A stretch of 63,841 nucleotides of DNA, filler included, from Ministeria vibrans ATCC 50519 (lineage: Eukaryota; Protista; Filasterea): the NCBI GenBank assembly GCA_943704425.1. It is 9 parts of 9 records of this genome, joined end to end, with 100 filler letters (N's around TTAATTAATTAA, not from the genome) between each part and the next. Parts side by side here need not be neighbours in the genome. Positions count along the whole stretch, not along the records: positions 61,612 to 63,841 come from CALSCP010000970.1; 8 more parts are not named here. One strand, 5' to 3'. A program made the translations under genes and the position numbers. The notes under the pieces are model-generated. The model saw nothing but the letters and a program-made list of their open reading frames with translations. It was not told where the DNA came from and made no database searches. Positions 61,860-63,841 of this stretch are shown here, piece after piece. The stretch's first letter is position 1; every line of letters starts with the position of its first letter.

Positions 61860-63680
61860 GTTTCCGTTGATGAGACCCCCAATGACTCCATTGGCGCGAA
61901 ACAGACCCGAAGGACCAGTACCAGCCCAGTTGAGAATGGTCGTCGGAATGGAGCCCGAATCGACGAGGCGGCCATTGACAAAGAGCTGGCCGAGACGTGT
62001 TGAGAAGTCGTAGACAATGGTCACGTGCACAAAGTCAGCAAGATCGGCCGGAGTGAACGTGTAGCTCATGTCAAACTCTTGATTCTCCTGGCGCAGCGCG
62101 GTCCACATGGTGTTGCCAATAAACATGAGGCAGTTGCCTGAGAAGGAATGACCCATCTCGTAGACAAGCATCTTGCTTGTGTCGGTCTGGCAACTAATTT
62201 TGAAGTTCAAGTCGATGGTCACCGGCTGCGTCATGTACGTGGCGCCGTCAACAAAGTGCGCCTGCATATCGGTCGTGCCGTCAGCAAGCACGGCAAAGCT
62301 GTTCTCGTTGACATCGTAGGCAGCCGTGAGCTGGGGTTGGGCATCTGAGGAGACAGCAATGCGTGTGGGCACAGCATCCGTCAAAGTGAAGTTCCAGCCA
62401 ACATTGTCCTGGAGAAGGGTCGCGTAGGGCGACCAGAAGTTGGGCAAGGATGCGGGTGCGCCCGCGATGCCCACGTCGTAGGCAACAATGGGCACGTTGC
62501 AACTGGATGGGGCGCCGCTCCAGGTGCCATCCGACTGGCACTGACGCTGCACCGAGCCACTGAGGGACCCGACGGAGGATGGGCAAGCGTAGTTGCAGAC
62601 ACTACCGACGGCATTTCCAGTGCACGACTTGGTCAAATGGTTGCGTCCCGAGGTGGTGTCAAGCGGACAGGTGATGGGTGGGCAGTTGGAGAAGGCAGCG
62701 GTGCTCCAAAGGCGGTTCGAGTAGCACGTGCTGGTCTTGAGGGCCGACGGCACTTGGTAGGCGGAGTTGAGACAAGTAATGGAGCAAGTAGAGGTGACTC
62801 CCTCGCCATTGCATGTGGCACTTCCTGCGACCGGCTGAGGATGGGGACCGCAGCTGCGTTCCGCCGCAAAGGCACTGGTGGCGTTTCGATAGACTGCAAA
62901 AAAGGCAATGTCGCCTTTAAAGTTGACGTAGCTGATGGAGTCGCTGGCGAAGCCACCGGGAGTGCCCGAGACGCCAGCAAGACCCGCGGAACCGGTACCA
63001 GTCCATTGGGGCTCGGTGGAGGTAAGAGAGTCACGGAGAGCACCGTTGACGTACAGCGACCGTGGGTGTGCAGCGCCGACCGCGCGGTTATCAATAATAA
63101 CAGCAACGTGCACGAAGTTGGCGAGATCCGCCACAGGGATTGTATAGGAGAGCGTGTTGACAACGGATCCGCTTCGAATGTGACGGTAAGAGACGGTGGC
63201 GCCATTGAGCACAAGTGACGAGCCAAAAACTATGCCGCCTGTCTCCCAGAGAATGGACTGACGCGCATAACTGTCTGAGGCAACGCGAAACATGATTTCA
63301 AGCGTCACAGCCTGATGGTCGCCAAAGACATCATATGAGATGGCGGTAGTGCCATTCAAGGCACGAAATTCCATCATGCTGGTGCCGTCAAAAGAGAACG
63401 CCTTGGGGATGGTGGGATCGGGCGAACCACTGTTGACAAGGCGCACCTCAGAGCCAGCGGACGTTTGCCAATGGTACGAGTTAGCCGGAAGCAGCGACAC
63501 ACTGGACAGGGCCCACTGACCTCCAATAGCATTCGCTCCTGGCGCAGATGCATTGAAGACAGCGTACGCCTCGGGCGAGTCGACGCAGGTGAACATGGAC
63601 TCGCTGAATGGTGCGCCACTCCATGTGCCCGTGTCCATGCATAGGCGAGTGTATGTGGTAGCGGTTGAGGCAAATAGCGC
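61860..63680 (-). CDS. Internal exon of an extracellular protein with Sushi/CCP and LamG/concanavalin-like domains
   Basis: CMDTGTWSG; two LamG3-like units (FVHVAVII..LYVNG..FKGDIA; FVHVTIVYD..LFVNG); Sushi CTGNAVGSVCNYAC..GSVQRQCQSDGTWSGAPSSC. Confidence 0.85.
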
Positions 63681-63734
63681 CTAAAACAAGAGATTTGTTT
63701 ATTTTTCAACTGGCATTCTCTTTTATTAAATTTT

Positions 63735-63832
<98 letters not shown>

Positions 63833-63841
63833 CAATAATAA

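Overview
Intron-rich eukaryotic genomic DNA, not prokaryotic. An Abl-type SH3-SH2 gene, the flagellar gene CFAP20DC and TTAGGG telomere repeats point to a flagellated unicellular holozoan (choanoflagellate-like; inference). The window is nine unrelated scaffolds joined by artificial N44-TTAATTAATTAA-N44 spacers, so adjacency across spacers means nothing. Recognisable genes: PHB2, an alpha/beta hydrolase, purple acid phosphatase, TRRAP/Tra1, a PAK kinase, NSA2, a TPR protein, DNAJC17, CFAP20DC, an ACSF2-like acyl-CoA synthetase, a nucleotide-sugar transporter convergent with a LicD/fukutin-family gene, ELP5, MRPL12, Abl, HEATR6 exons, a CHASE-like receptor fragment and a LamG/Sushi protein. Mobile DNA: an intact piggyBac transposase ORF, a decayed hAT and LINE 3' ends. 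The most striking part is scaffold 37035-40468, which looks like a chromosome end. It carries a head-to-tail chain of 5'-truncated, endonuclease-less Penelope-like retroelements interleaved with (TTAGGG)n. Each sequenced 3' UTR holds a minimal type I hammerhead ribozyme, one copy is capped with telomeric repeats at an internal telomere-like seed, and an intronless divergent caspase-fold gene lies just proximal. All family calls are from motif recognition by eye; no searches were run, and exon boundaries are manual.
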